From contig CBFGJO010000004.1 in assembly GCA_965649125.1 (NCBI GenBank), positions 1 through 61,501 of the forward strand: a stretch of 61,501 nucleotides of DNA, written 5' to 3'. This DNA comes from a candidate division WOR-3 bacterium. GTDB taxonomy: Bacteria; Hydrothermota; Hydrothermia; Hydrothermales; Hydrothermaceae. The position numbers and the translations under genes are program-made. The notes under the pieces are model-generated. The model did no database searches, was not told where the DNA came from, and saw nothing but the letters and a program-made list of their open reading frames with translations. Numbering within the stretch: the stretch's first letter is position 1; each line of letters begins with the position of its first letter. This document shows positions 8,203 to 18,556 of the stretch, piece by piece.

Positions 8203-8280
8203 TTTCCCTCCTTAAACTTTTTAAATTTTAAAAAAAATTATAAATTATAATTATAAAAATAACAGGATACGAGAAGCAAT

Positions 8281-8310
8281 TTGACATAATGTTATTTTTT
8301 TGATTAAAAT
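8281..8310 (+). promoter_or_regulatory. Putative sigma70 promoter for the GT2 gene
   Basis: TTGACA (8281)-18 nt-TAAAAT (8305). Confidence 0.5.
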
Positions 8311-8335
8311 TATTGTTCTTTAAAAGGAAAAATAA

Positions 8336-9775
8336 ATGGATTTTATTTTTTATTTGGTCTTTTTTGTTCCATTAATTTTATGTTTTATGGTCTTTGGCAC
8401 ATATAAGTTATGGCTCCTTTATCTTTACAAAAAGGGGAAAAGTAAAAATATTTCTTATGAAAATCTGGATTTCTTTCCTTTTGTGACTATTCAAATACCA
8501 GTTTATAATGAATATGGAGTTGTTGAAGGTGTTATAGAAAGTGCCACAAAAATTTCTTATCCAAAAGATAGATTTGAAATTCAGATTCTTGATGATTCAA
8601 CGGATGAAACAAAAATTTTGATTGATAAACTCGTAGAGGAAAAAAAGAAAGAAGGGGTAAATATTGAAGTTATAAGAAGAAAGGAAAGAAAAGGTTATAA
8701 AGCTGGTGCTTTAAAAAATGGTCTTAAATATGCAAAAGGTGAATTTATTGCTATATTTGATGCGGATTTTATAATTCCTTCAGATTTTCTTAAAAAAACC
8801 TTAATATTTTTTAGGGATGAAAAAGTTGGACTTGTTCAGGCAAGATGGGGTTTTTTAAATGGAAAAGAAAATAAGTTGACTAAAATTCAGGTGATTGCTC
8901 TCAATACACATTTTGAGATTGAACACAATTCAAAATTCAGGAATGGTTATTTTTTTAACTTTAACGGAACAGCAGGAATATGGAGGAAGAAGACAATTAT
9001 AGATAGTGGGAATTGGGGTTATGATACGCTTGCAGAGGACCTTGATTTATCAGTAAGGGCTTATTTAAAAGGATGGAAATTTGTATTTTTAGATGACCTT
9101 GTATGCCCTTCCGAACTTCCTTCTGATTTTTCTTCCTTTATAACCCAGCAATTCAGATGGACAAAGGGAACCGCGGAGGTCTTTCTGAAAGTCTTTAAAG
9201 ATGTAATAAAGGCTTCAAATATAAAAACCGATGACAAAATTAATATAATTCTGCACCTTGCTTCTCCATTTTTATATCTTTTTAATTTGCTTTTCTTTTT
9301 AATTTTATGGCCTCTTGCTCATTTTTCTTCACTTTTATTTGGGCTTCTTGCTCTGTTTTTCGGTTTTGCTAATATTTATAACTTATTTATAACAGATGAA
9401 ATGATTTCAAAGGATAAAAAAATTATTGAGAGAATAAAAGAAATTTTTTATCTACTTATTGTTTTTTCTGGCTTTTCTTTTAAAGGAACAATTGCTGTTT
9501 TAGAGGCTCTTTTCAAAAAAAGAACACCATTTGTAAGAACTCCTAAAAAAGGTAAAGGGTATAAAAAATATGCTGGAGAAAGACTTAATGGTATTGAAAT
9601 AATTGGATGTATCTACTGGGGAGCGAGTTTTCTTACTCTTATAAAACTTGAACTCTGGGGACTTTTGCCATGGGTATTACTATTTTTAATAAGTTCTATT
9701 TATTTTGTATATGTCTCTTTAAAAAGTTCCTTACCTTTTCTGAATGCCTTTAAATTTATTTCAACCAGATTTTGA
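8336..9775 (+). CDS. Processive GT2 glycosyltransferase (cellulose synthase-like)
   Basis: QIPVYNE, LDDSTD, KAGAL, FDADF, LAEDLD, QQFRW (D,D,D,QxxRW) plus C-terminal TM helices. Confidence 0.9.
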   Translation: MDFIFYLVFFVPLILCFMVFGTYKLWLLYLYKKGKSKNISYENLDFFPFVTIQIPVYNEYGVVEGVIESATKISYPKDRFEIQILDDSTDETKILIDKLVEEKKKEGVNIEVIRRKERKGYKAGALKNGLKYAKGEFIAIFDADFIIPSDFLKKTLIFFRDEKVGLVQARWGFLNGKENKLTKIQVIALNTHFEIEHNSKFRNGYFFNFNGTAGIWRKKTIIDSGNWGYDTLAEDLDLSVRAYLKGWKFVFLDDLVCPSELPSDFSSFITQQFRWTKGTAEVFLKVFKDVIKASNIKTDDKINIILHLASPFLYLFNLLFFLILWPLAHFSSLLFGLLALFFGFANIYNLFITDEMISKDKKIIERIKEIFYLLIVFSGFSFKGTIAVLEALFKKRTPFVRTPKKGKGYKKYAGERLNGIEIIGCIYWGASFLTLIKLELWGLLPWVLLFLISSIYFVYVSLKSSLPFLNAFKFISTRF

Positions 9776-10296
9776 GGCAAACATTTTTCTATTACTTTTT
9801 CCCATATTTTTTCTTCAAAGGGAAGAAATTTTGACAAAAATCCAGTGAGAAGGACATTTGCAATTCTTGGTTGAGCTATCTCCTCTGCAATTTTTGTCCC
9901 CGGAATAAGATAAAGTCTTTTTGTAATTTTTTTAAGATTTTCATAAATATCCCCTGGATATTCATCAAGTCCTAATGAAACAAATGGGGGGATAATTTCA
10001 AGGTCATTAACTATTATAACTGGCTCATCCATTTTTAAATAGTGGACCCATCTAAGTGTTTCCGCTTTTTCAAAGGAAAGTAAAAATTCACAGGTGCCTT
10101 TTTCTATAACTGGTGAATAAATTTTTTCTCCTATCCTTATATGAGATACTACACTTCCGCCTCTTTGAGCCATTCCATGGACTTCACTTTTTTTTACATC
10201 AAACCCCGATTCAACTCCTGTAAGTGCAATTATTTCTGAGGCAAGAATAATTCCCTGCCCACCAACACCACATAGAATAATATTAATTTCTTTCAT
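9700..10296 (-). CDS. iorB: Indolepyruvate:ferredoxin oxidoreductase subunit beta
   Basis: GVGGQG, SEVHGMAQRGGSV; start placed at MKEINI, overlapping the iorA stop. Confidence 0.92.
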   Translation of the reverse strand: MKEINIILCGVGGQGIILASEIIALTGVESGFDVKKSEVHGMAQRGGSVVSHIRIGEKIYSPVIEKGTCEFLLSFEKAETLRWVHYLKMDEPVIIVNDLEIIPPFVSLGLDEYPGDIYENLKKITKRLYLIPGTKIAEEIAQPRIANVLLTGFLSKFLPFEEKIWEKVIEKCLPQNLVEINLKAFRKGKELFKETYTK

Positions 10297-12029
10297 TCTA
10301 TTGCCTCCACAGGACATATCTGGATACAAAGCCCACAACCAACACATAAAAGAGAAGAAATATAGGCTTTATCATTTAAAATTGAAATTGCGGGACAACC
10401 AAGCCTTATACACGCCTTACATTTTTCTCCTAAACACTTTTCAGGATCTACCCTCTTTTTCTTTTCTTTTTTGAATTTCTCTTTTGCTTCTTTTAAATGA
10501 ACACAAGGAGCCCTGGAGATAATAGCAGCAGGTTTTTCACTCTCTATCGCTTTTTTTATAGTATTTAAAGTATTTTTTAAATCGTAAGGATTAATTTCAT
10601 AAATTTCATCAATTCCGCATGCTTTTACAATTTCCTGAATGTTTATTTCCTTTGTTTTTTCACCTTTTGCTGTTATGCCTGTTCCTGGATGGTCCTGATG
10701 ACCTGTCATTGCAGTTGTTCTATTATCAAGAATTATAACTGTTACACTTCCTTTATTATATGCAATATCTATAAGTCCTGTTATACCTGAGTGGATGAAT
10801 GTGGAATCTCCTATAACTGCAGCCATCCTTTTTGAAAATTTTTTACCAAGTGCCTTTTCAAAACCCAGCGCATTACCTATTGATGCACCCATACATATAC
10901 ATGTATCCATTGCATTATGGGGTGGTAATGCACCAAGGGTATAGCATCCTATATCACCTAAAACAGTAACCTTTAATTTTGAAAGGGAATAAAATACTCC
11001 TGTATGAGGACAACCAGGGCAAAGTTGTGGTGGTCTTCTCACAGATTTTAGAGGCTGTGGGTGTGGCAGTTCCTCATTTTTAAAGGCTTTTCTTATTATT
11101 TCAGGAGACAATTCATCACATAAAGGCAGGTATTTTTTACCTTCTACATTATAACCTAAAATTTTTATTTCTTCTTCCAGGAAAGGTTCATTTTCCTCTA
11201 CCACTATAATTTTTTCTATATTTTTTACAAATTCCTTAAAAAGTTCTTCAGGAAAAGGGAAAGGCATTCCTAATTTTAAAATCCAGGCATCTTTGAAAAT
11301 CTCTTTTACATAATTATAAGAAATTCCTGATGTTACTATACCGATTTTCTCTTTTCCTTCCTCAATCCTGTTTAATTCTATATTTGAAGATAATTTCTTT
11401 AGTTCTATTAATTTTTCCTCCAAGATATTATGTCTTATCTTTGCATGAGCAGGAAGAACCACAAATTGCTGAATGTTTTTAACATAATTTTTTGCTTCTG
11501 CTTCCTTTCTCTTATTAACATTTACAATTCCCTTTGTATGAGAAATTCTTGTTGTCATTCTAAAAAGAACAGGTATTTCAAATTTTTCAGAAATTTCAAA
11601 TGCAATCTTTATAAAGTCATAGACTTCTTGTGCATCTGAAGGCTCTATAAGGGGGACTTTTGCAAATTTTGCATATCTTCTATTATCCTGTTCATTCTGT
11701 GAGGAATGCATTCCAGGATCATCACATGTAACAATTACAAAACCTCCTTTAACACCTGTATAAGCAGAAGAAAAAAATGGGTCAGCAGCAACATTTAACC
11801 CCACATGTTTCATTGAAACAATACTTCTTGCACCTGCTATTGCAGCACCAAGAGCAACTTCAAAAGCAACCTTTTCATTTGGTGACCATTCCGCATCAAC
11901 CTCTTTATATTTTGCCAGATTTTCAAGAATTTCAGTTGATGGTGTCCCGGGATAGGCACATGCCACTTTTATACCTGCTTCCCATGCACCTCTTGCAACT
12001 GCTTCATTTCCTGATAAAAACAGTTTCAT
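10293..12029 (-). CDS. iorA: Indolepyruvate:ferredoxin oxidoreductase subunit alpha
   Basis: GNEAVARG, YPGTPSTE, MKHVGLNVAAD, SSQNEQD, CPGCPH, GDSTF, C-terminal 4Fe-4S motifs. Confidence 0.95.
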   Translation of the reverse strand: MKLFLSGNEAVARGAWEAGIKVACAYPGTPSTEILENLAKYKEVDAEWSPNEKVAFEVALGAAIAGARSIVSMKHVGLNVAADPFFSSAYTGVKGGFVIVTCDDPGMHSSQNEQDNRRYAKFAKVPLIEPSDAQEVYDFIKIAFEISEKFEIPVLFRMTTRISHTKGIVNVNKRKEAEAKNYVKNIQQFVVLPAHAKIRHNILEEKLIELKKLSSNIELNRIEEGKEKIGIVTSGISYNYVKEIFKDAWILKLGMPFPFPEELFKEFVKNIEKIIVVEENEPFLEEEIKILGYNVEGKKYLPLCDELSPEIIRKAFKNEELPHPQPLKSVRRPPQLCPGCPHTGVFYSLSKLKVTVLGDIGCYTLGALPPHNAMDTCICMGASIGNALGFEKALGKKFSKRMAAVIGDSTFIHSGITGLIDIAYNKGSVTVIILDNRTTAMTGHQDHPGTGITAKGEKTKEINIQEIVKACGIDEIYEINPYDLKNTLNTIKKAIESEKPAAIISRAPCVHLKEAKEKFKKEKKKRVDPEKCLGEKCKACIRLGCPAISILNDKAYISSLLCVGCGLCIQICPVEAIE

Positions 12030-12072
12030 ATTTTAAATTATAAAGTAAATTCCTTATAATTAAAAATCGTAT

Positions 12073-13071
12073 ATGGAACTTAAAGAAGGTAAACTCCCTC
12101 CTGATTTCCTCAGTAAACTCCTTTTTCTTTTACCTCCTTTAAAAAAAGAAATAAAAATAGGCCCCAAAATAGGTGGAGATTCAGCTGTCATTGAGTTTAA
12201 AGATCTATATTTAATAGTTTCACAGGATCCGATAACATTCACAGAAAAAGAAATAGGTTATTACGGAGTTATTATTAATGCAAACGATGTTGCGGTGATG
12301 GGTGCAAAACCCCTTTACTTTTTGTTTACCCTCCTTTTGCCAAAAGGTTTTTGTAAAGAGGATATTGAAAAAATATTTAAAGAGGTGAAAAATGTTTGTA
12401 AAAATTTAAAAATACAGGTTGTTGGCGGACATACTGAAATAACACCAAATCTTGAAAAAATAATATTATGTGGAACGATGATAGGGATAAGAGAAAAAGA
12501 AAAAGGCATTTTCCCTAAAAAAGTTAATACTGGTGATTTTCTATTTTGTATAAAAGAAGTTCCTATTGAAGGGGTTTCAATAATAGCAAAAGAAAAAAAA
12601 GAAATTGTCAGAGATATAATAGGGGAAAATAAGTTGAATAAATTTTTAAAATATAATATAAAGCCAGGGATAAGTGTTGTTAAAGAGGCAATTTTAATTT
12701 CTGATTTCAAAGGAACACTCGCGATGCATGACCCAACAGAAGGCGGGATAATTAATGGGATATGGGAATTTAGTGAATTCTTAAATAAAGGGATAGTTGT
12801 TTACGAAGATAAAATTCCTGTTATAAAAGGGTTTGAAGAGGTTTTTAAGTATTTCAATATTGACCCACTAAAAACAATTTCTTCAGGTTCTTTGCTTGTT
12901 GCAATTAAAAAAGGATACGAGGAAGATTTTAAATTATTTTGTAAAAAAAATAAGATAAAATCAAATTTAATTGGGGTTTTTAAAGATTTAAGGGAAGGAA
13001 GATATATGATAAAAAAAGATGAAAAGGTTAAAATATTACCCTGTCAGGATGATATTTCAAAGATATTTTAA
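12073..13071 (+). CDS. AIR synthase-like (PurM/HypE/ThiL superfamily) protein
   Basis: DPIT, NANDVAVMGAKP, GGHTE, MHDPTEGG, ISSGSLL. Confidence 0.85.
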   Translation: MELKEGKLPPDFLSKLLFLLPPLKKEIKIGPKIGGDSAVIEFKDLYLIVSQDPITFTEKEIGYYGVIINANDVAVMGAKPLYFLFTLLLPKGFCKEDIEKIFKEVKNVCKNLKIQVVGGHTEITPNLEKIILCGTMIGIREKEKGIFPKKVNTGDFLFCIKEVPIEGVSIIAKEKKEIVRDIIGENKLNKFLKYNIKPGISVVKEAILISDFKGTLAMHDPTEGGIINGIWEFSEFLNKGIVVYEDKIPVIKGFEEVFKYFNIDPLKTISSGSLLVAIKKGYEEDFKLFCKKNKIKSNLIGVFKDLREGRYMIKKDEKVKILPCQDDISKIF

Positions 13072-13119
13072 AAAATAAGTCTTTTTTCTTTATAATTAAA
13101 TATTTTAAAAGGAGTTGAT

Positions 13120-13341
13120 ATGAAGGAGAAAGAATTAAAGCCACTCAAAGAGTATTCAATAGAAGACATATGGGGTTTTTATTCAAATAAGTATAAAGGG
13201 CTTATTGTACTTATGAAAGAGGCAAGAAGGGTTTTGCGTGAACTCCAGATTGAGGAAATTGAGTTTCCTGGAGAAAAAGCAGTTCTTCATGCTGTGAAAA
13301 ATTACAGGGATAAGAAAATAAGGGTAATGGAAGAAAGATGA
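13120..13341 (+). CDS. rpoZ: Probable RNA polymerase omega subunit (divergent)
   Basis: 73 aa, SNKY...KEARR...KAV..A pattern, directly upstream of coaBC (a common rpoZ-coaBC arrangement). Confidence 0.6.
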   Translation: MKEKELKPLKEYSIEDIWGFYSNKYKGLIVLMKEARRVLRELQIEEIEFPGEKAVLHAVKNYRDKKIRVMEER

Positions 13342-14522
13342 AGATAATACTTGGTGTTACAGGTTCTGTTGCTGCTTTTAAGGCTTTAGAAATTGGTAGA
13401 CTTTTTGTAAAGAATGGAGTAAAAGTTTTACCTGTTTTAACAAGGAATGCTTTAAATTTTGTCGGGAAAGATTCCTTTGAGTCTCTTTTACATGAGGAAG
13501 TTTATTCTGAACTTTTTTCTTCTTACATTTCTCAAAAAGAGCCAATTCATATAAAAATTCTAAAAGAAATTGACGCAATTCTTGTTTCTCCGTGTACCGC
13601 AAATATGATAGGTAAATTTGCAAATGGTATTGCCGATGACCTCCTCTCAACCATTCTTTTAGCAAGCAAAGTCCAGGTTTTTATTGCTCCTGCAATGCAT
13701 GAAGATTTATGGACAAGTGAAGTTGTGCAAGAAAATGTTAAAAAATTAAAAAATAGGGGGGTGATATTCATAGGACCCGAAGAGGGCAGGCTTTCAGATT
13801 TGAGAACTGGTAAAGGAAGAATGAGTGAGCCAGAAAAAATATTTAAAGAAGTATATGAATTTTTAAAATTGAGAGAAAAATTTAAGAATAGAAAATTACT
13901 CCTTGTTTTTGGAAGAACAGAGGAAGATATTGATAGTGTGAGAGTTATAACAAATAGAAGTTCAGGGAAAATGGGTAAATCTCTATTTGATACTGCTTTA
14001 AAAATGGGTTTTGAAATCTCGGTGATAAAAGGTAAAACAGATTTTGAATTTGAATTTAAGAGGTTAAAAGAGGCAAGAACCGCTAATGAAATGTTTGAAA
14101 GGATAAAAGAAGAGATTCTGGATTTTAAACCAGATATATTCATAATGAATGCAGCGGTAAGTGATTTTATCCCCTCATCAAAAAAAGAGAGTAAGATTAA
14201 AAAAGAAGGAGAAATAAATATTTCTCTAAAACCAAATATAGATATACTTAAAGAAATCTCTAATTATAAAAATGAGAAGATGGTCTTTGTTGGTTTTGCT
14301 TTAGAAGATGAAAATATTTTTGAAAATGCAAAAAAGAAATTGTATGAAAAAAACTTGGATATGATTGTTTTAAATACTCCATCCTCTATAGGGAGCGATT
14401 TTACAAAAATCTGGATTTTGAAAAAGAGCGGAGAAATTAAAGAATTTCCTTATCTTTCAAAAAAAGAAGCAAGTTTAAAAATTTTTGAAGAAATATTTGA
14501 TGTCTTTAAAAAAATTCCTTGA
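13338..14522 (+). CDS. coaBC: Phosphopantothenoylcysteine decarboxylase/ligase
   Basis: GVTGSVAAFK, PCTAN...GIADD, APAM, GKGRM, VRVITNRSSGKMG, AAVSDF, VGFALE. Confidence 0.95.
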   Translation: MKIILGVTGSVAAFKALEIGRLFVKNGVKVLPVLTRNALNFVGKDSFESLLHEEVYSELFSSYISQKEPIHIKILKEIDAILVSPCTANMIGKFANGIADDLLSTILLASKVQVFIAPAMHEDLWTSEVVQENVKKLKNRGVIFIGPEEGRLSDLRTGKGRMSEPEKIFKEVYEFLKLREKFKNRKLLLVFGRTEEDIDSVRVITNRSSGKMGKSLFDTALKMGFEISVIKGKTDFEFEFKRLKEARTANEMFERIKEEILDFKPDIFIMNAAVSDFIPSSKKESKIKKEGEINISLKPNIDILKEISNYKNEKMVFVGFALEDENIFENAKKKLYEKNLDMIVLNTPSSIGSDFTKIWILKKSGEIKEFPYLSKKEASLKIFEEIFDVFKKIP

Positions 14523-15129
14523 ATTTTTAAGTGAAGTATACGGGGAAAAGGAGATAGTTATAGAGAATTTTATTTTAAAAGAGAGAGTTTTGGCAGAATT
14601 AGAAAAGGAATGTAAAAGATGCAAGAGGTGTATTCTTTCAAAGACAAGGAAAAGTGTTGTTTTCGGCAATGGTAATCCCTATTCAGAACTTTTAATTGTA
14701 GGAGAAGCACCTGGTGAAGAGGAAGATAAAATAGGTATTCCTTTTGTTGGAAAAGCAGGAAGGAAATTAACAGAAGTTCTTTTAAAATATAGAATAGAAA
14801 GGGAAAATATTTATATTACCAATACGATAAAATGTAGACCACCTGAAAATAGAGAACCAAGACAGGATGAGTTAAAGGAATGCTTTTACTATTTGAAAAA
14901 GGAAATTGAGATAATTTCTCCAAAAATAATTTTATGTCTGGGAAGATATGCTGGAATGATGATTTTAGGTGAAGATAAAAAAATTTCTGAAGCAAGAAGT
15001 GGTGAATATGAAAAATTTGGTGCAAAAGTATTTATTACATATCATCCATCTGCGATTTTGAGAAAACCCGAACTTACCTCACTTTTTGAAGAGGATATTG
15101 AAAAGGTTTCAAAATTTATTTTAAGATGA
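14500..15129 (+). CDS. Uracil-DNA glycosylase family 4
   Basis: CxxCxL Fe-S motif, VGEAPG..ED..G.PFVG.AG, KCRPPENREP, TYHPSA; start uncertain (14485 or 14500). Confidence 0.92.
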   Translation: MSLKKFLEFLSEVYGEKEIVIENFILKERVLAELEKECKRCKRCILSKTRKSVVFGNGNPYSELLIVGEAPGEEEDKIGIPFVGKAGRKLTEVLLKYRIERENIYITNTIKCRPPENREPRQDELKECFYYLKKEIEIISPKIILCLGRYAGMMILGEDKKISEARSGEYEKFGAKVFITYHPSAILRKPELTSLFEEDIEKVSKFILR

Positions 15130-15908
15130 AAATAAAGGTTCTGTTTATAGGTGATATTGTCGGGAAAGCGGGAAGGAAGGCACTTAAATTATTTTTGCCC
15201 CAAATTAAAAAAGAATATTCTCCTGATTTTGTAATAGCAAATGTTGAGAATGCAGCAGGGACAAGTGGTATAACATTTAAGGTTTATGAAGAAATAAAAA
15301 ATGCAGGAGTTGATATAATGACCTCAGGAAATCATATATTTGCTAAAAAAGATGTGTTTAATTTTATAGATCAAACCGAGTTTTTGTTAAGACCACTCAA
15401 TTTTCCTGAAGGTGTTCCAGGAAAAGGATTTAATATTTATAGAAAGGATGGTAAAGAGATTGCAATAATAAATGTGATTGGGAGGGTTTTATTAGGGGAA
15501 TATGATTGTCCTATAAGAGAAACTGAAAAGGTGATAAAGGAAATTGGAGAAATCCCGATTATAATAGATTTTCATGGAGAAGCAACCAGTGAAAAGATTA
15601 TATTTGCTGATTACTTTGATGGAAAAATTGTTGCAATTATAGGAACCCATACCCATGTTCAAACAAAGGATTTAAGAGTTTTAAATAAAGGAACACTTTT
15701 TATCTCTGATATCGGAATGACCGGTAGTTTTGATTCAATAATAGGTGTGGAAAAAGAAGCGGCATTCAAAAGGCTCAGGTATTTATTACCTGTATATTTT
15801 GATGCAGGAAAAGAAAAAATAGGAATGAATTCTATTTATTTTGAGTTTGAACCTTTTTCAAAAAAAATTTTATATGCTGAGATTATAAATAAAGGAGGTG
15901 CAATATGA
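15126..15908 (+). CDS. ymdB: YmdB-like (TIGR00282) metallophosphoesterase
   Basis: IGDIVG, NVENAAG, TSGNH, DFHGEATSEK, GTHTHVQT, DIGMTG. Confidence 0.9.
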   Translation: MKIKVLFIGDIVGKAGRKALKLFLPQIKKEYSPDFVIANVENAAGTSGITFKVYEEIKNAGVDIMTSGNHIFAKKDVFNFIDQTEFLLRPLNFPEGVPGKGFNIYRKDGKEIAIINVIGRVLLGEYDCPIRETEKVIKEIGEIPIIIDFHGEATSEKIIFADYFDGKIVAIIGTHTHVQTKDLRVLNKGTLFISDIGMTGSFDSIIGVEKEAAFKRLRYLLPVYFDAGKEKIGMNSIYFEFEPFSKKILYAEIINKGGAI

Positions 15909-16759
15909 GGAAAAAATATAAAATAGTAAAATATGAAGAAATTGTAGAAAGAGTAAGAGATGGTTGTATATCCGCATGCCATTATTTAAAACCCGATGTA
16001 ATAGAGGCTTTAAAAAAAGCAAGGAAGACAGAAGAATCAGAAGTTGGTAAAGAGGTGTTGGATCAAATTCTTGAAAATATTGAGATTGCGAGAAAGGAAG
16101 AAATTCCACTCTGTCAGGATACAGGATTTGCAGTATTCTTCGTTGAAATGGGAACTGATGTTAAAATAAAAGGTGGAAACATTAAAGATGCAATAATAGA
16201 AGGTGTGAGAAAAGGTTATATAGAAGGGTATTTAAGAAAATCAATAGTGGAAGATCCTTTAAGAAGAAAGAATACAGGAGATAATACACCGCCTGTCATT
16301 CATTTTGATATAGTTCCAGGGGATACTTTGAAAATCATATTTGAACCAAAAGGCGGTGGAAGTGAAAATATGAGTGCATTGAAAATCCTTTTACCTGGAG
16401 AAGGTAAAGAAGGTGTGAAAAAATTTGTAATTGAAACAGTGAAAAAGGCAGGTTCTAATCCATGTCCACCAATTGTTGTAGGTGTTGGAATTGGTGGCAC
16501 ATTTGAATACTGTGCATTTTTAGCAAAGAAGGCAACAGTTAGAGAAATAGGTAAGAGAAATCCAGACCCGTTCTATGCACAATTTGAAGAAGAACTTTTA
16601 GAAGAGATAAATAAACTTGGAATTGGTCCACAGGGGTTTGGCGGGAGATGGACAGCGCTTGATGTTCATATAGAGGCATATCCATGCCACATAACTGCTT
16701 TACCTGTTGCAGTTAATATTCAATGCCATGCTGATAGAAGAGAAGAAATAATTTTTTAA
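15905..16759 (+). CDS. Fe-S fumarate hydratase / tartrate dehydratase alpha subunit
   Basis: PLCQDTG, NTGDNTP, KGGGSEN, NPCPP, GIGPQGFGG, VNIQCHA. Confidence 0.92.
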   Translation: MRKKYKIVKYEEIVERVRDGCISACHYLKPDVIEALKKARKTEESEVGKEVLDQILENIEIARKEEIPLCQDTGFAVFFVEMGTDVKIKGGNIKDAIIEGVRKGYIEGYLRKSIVEDPLRRKNTGDNTPPVIHFDIVPGDTLKIIFEPKGGGSENMSALKILLPGEGKEGVKKFVIETVKKAGSNPCPPIVVGVGIGGTFEYCAFLAKKATVREIGKRNPDPFYAQFEEELLEEINKLGIGPQGFGGRWTALDVHIEAYPCHITALPVAVNIQCHADRREEIIF

Positions 16760-16772
16760 CAAGGAGGAAGAA

Positions 16773-17330
16773 ATGAAAGAATATAAAAAATTAAAGTCGC
16801 CTTTAACTGATGATGATGTTTTATCTTTAAAAGCAGGTGATGCAGTTTTAATTTCAGGGGTGATATATAGTGCAAGGGATGCTGCTCATAAAAAACTCCT
16901 TGAAGAATATGAAAAGGAAGGCAAATTACCTTTTGATTTAAAAGGACAGATTATATATTATGTAGGTCCTTCACCCGCAAAACCTGGGAGAGTTATAGGT
17001 TCTGCAGGACCAACAACTTCAATAAGAATGGATCCTTATACTCCAAAAATCCTTGAACTCGGAGTGAAAGCAACGATTGGTAAAGGTGAAAGGCAGGATT
17101 TTGTTAAAGAAGCGATGAAAAAGTATAAGGCAGTCTATCTTGCTACAGTTGGTGGTGCGGGTGCACTCATTGCCCAGAGGATAAAATCGGTCAGGATAGC
17201 CCTTTATGAGGATTTAGGACCAGAAGCGATTACCGAGATGGTAGTTGAAGATTTCCCTGCAATAGTTGCAGTTGATGCGTACGGAAACGATTTGTATGTT
17301 GAAGGGATAAAAAAATACGCAAAAATTTGA
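16773..17330 (+). CDS. Fe-S fumarate hydratase / tartrate dehydratase beta subunit
   Basis: ARDAAH, GPTTSIRMD, IGKG, GPEA. Confidence 0.92.
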   Translation: MKEYKKLKSPLTDDDVLSLKAGDAVLISGVIYSARDAAHKKLLEEYEKEGKLPFDLKGQIIYYVGPSPAKPGRVIGSAGPTTSIRMDPYTPKILELGVKATIGKGERQDFVKEAMKKYKAVYLATVGGAGALIAQRIKSVRIALYEDLGPEAITEMVVEDFPAIVAVDAYGNDLYVEGIKKYAKI

Positions 17331-18061
17331 AAGTAATATCTATAATACCTGCAAGATATGGTTCAAAGAGATTGCCGGGTAAACCACTTGTTAAAATCCT
17401 TGATAAAACACTTATAAATTGGGTTTATGAGAATGCTAAGAAATGTAAAAAAATAGAGAGAGTGGTTATAGCAACTGATGATGAAAGAATTTTAAAAGAG
17501 TGTAAAAGATTTGGTGCAGAAGTTTATTTGACACCAAAAGATTTAAAGAGTGGTTCTGATAGAGTTTTTTGGACATACAAGAATTTAATAAAAGAAAATT
17601 ATGATTATATTTTAAATTTGCAGGGTGATGAACCATTAATCTCTCCTTGTGACTTAGATTTTTTAATTGAAAATACTCTTAAAAAGATGTGTGAAGTTTC
17701 AACCTTTGGTTATCCATTGACCTCGGAAGAAAAATTTAATGATAAAAATATTGTTAAAATAGTTTGTGATAAAGAGGGGAGAGCAATCTATTTTTCAAGA
17801 AGTCCTGTCCCTTTTTCTTCCTCTCAAAAGGATTTAAAATTCCTAAAACACATAGGAGTTTATCTTTATAGAAGAGATATTCTTGAAGTTTTTCATTCAA
17901 TTCAAAGGTCTTACCTTGAAGAAAAAGAGAATCTTGAACAATTAAGATTAATTGAAAATGGAATACCGGTTTTTGTTTTTGAAGCAAAAAATTATACCCA
18001 TCCTGTTGATACTGAGAATGATTTAAAGGAGGTTGAAAGAATTTTAATAGAAAAAATTTAG
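17327..18061 (+). CDS. kdsB: 3-deoxy-manno-octulosonate cytidylyltransferase
   Basis: IPARYGSKRLPGKPL, ATDD, SGSDR, NLQGDEP, YFSRSP, HIGVY, LEQLR. Confidence 0.95.
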   Translation: MKVISIIPARYGSKRLPGKPLVKILDKTLINWVYENAKKCKKIERVVIATDDERILKECKRFGAEVYLTPKDLKSGSDRVFWTYKNLIKENYDYILNLQGDEPLISPCDLDFLIENTLKKMCEVSTFGYPLTSEEKFNDKNIVKIVCDKEGRAIYFSRSPVPFSSSQKDLKFLKHIGVYLYRRDILEVFHSIQRSYLEEKENLEQLRLIENGIPVFVFEAKNYTHPVDTENDLKEVERILIEKI

Positions 18062-18556
18062 TATCTCATTCAAAATTGTATTTCTATTTTCATAAGTTAT
18101 TTTTATCAAAGCGCATTTTGAAAAATCAATTTCTTTTTTAAAAGTGTGTAATATCTTTTCCCCCACTGTTCCAAGAACTCTTGGTTTTTCATTTTTTAAA
18201 ACTTCCTTTATCCATATAAAAAATTTTTTGGATAATAGTTCCATCTTACCTATTTCATCAATTATAAGGATATCAGAGTTTTTAAAATTGATTTTTTCAA
18301 TTATTTCCTCAATACTCTTTAGATTTACTCCGTATTTGCCAACACGATAAGCGCTTTTTAATTCTTTATGAGAAAAGAGTTTCCTTTCTCCATCGAGTTT
18401 TATTATCTCAAATCCTTTTCTCTCACCTCTTTCTCTTATCTCTTTTGTTATAAACCCATCTAATTTATATTTATTTTTTAATTCCTTTATTGCCTTTTCT
18501 ATAATTGTAGTTTTACCAACCCGAGGCGAGCCTGTTAATAAAAGATGGTATTTCAA
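18044..18556 (-). CDS. THEP1-family nucleoside triphosphatase (NTPase_1)
   Basis: TGSPRVGKTT, GFITKEIRE.G.R.GF, VGKYGV, IIDEIGKME. Confidence 0.88.
   Translation of the reverse strand: MKYHLLLTGSPRVGKTTIIEKAIKELKNKYKLDGFITKEIRERGERKGFEIIKLDGERKLFSHKELKSAYRVGKYGVNLKSIEEIIEKINFKNSDILIIDEIGKMELLSKKFFIWIKEVLKNEKPRVLGTVGEKILHTFKKEIDFSKCALIKITYENRNTILNEILNFFY

Noticed and set aside
9700-9775. 76-bp convergent overlap of the GT2 gene and iorB (and the 18-bp kdsB/NTPase overlap) as antisense regulation
   Set aside because: Short tail-to-tail overlaps are common in compact genomes and nothing else supports a regulatory role.
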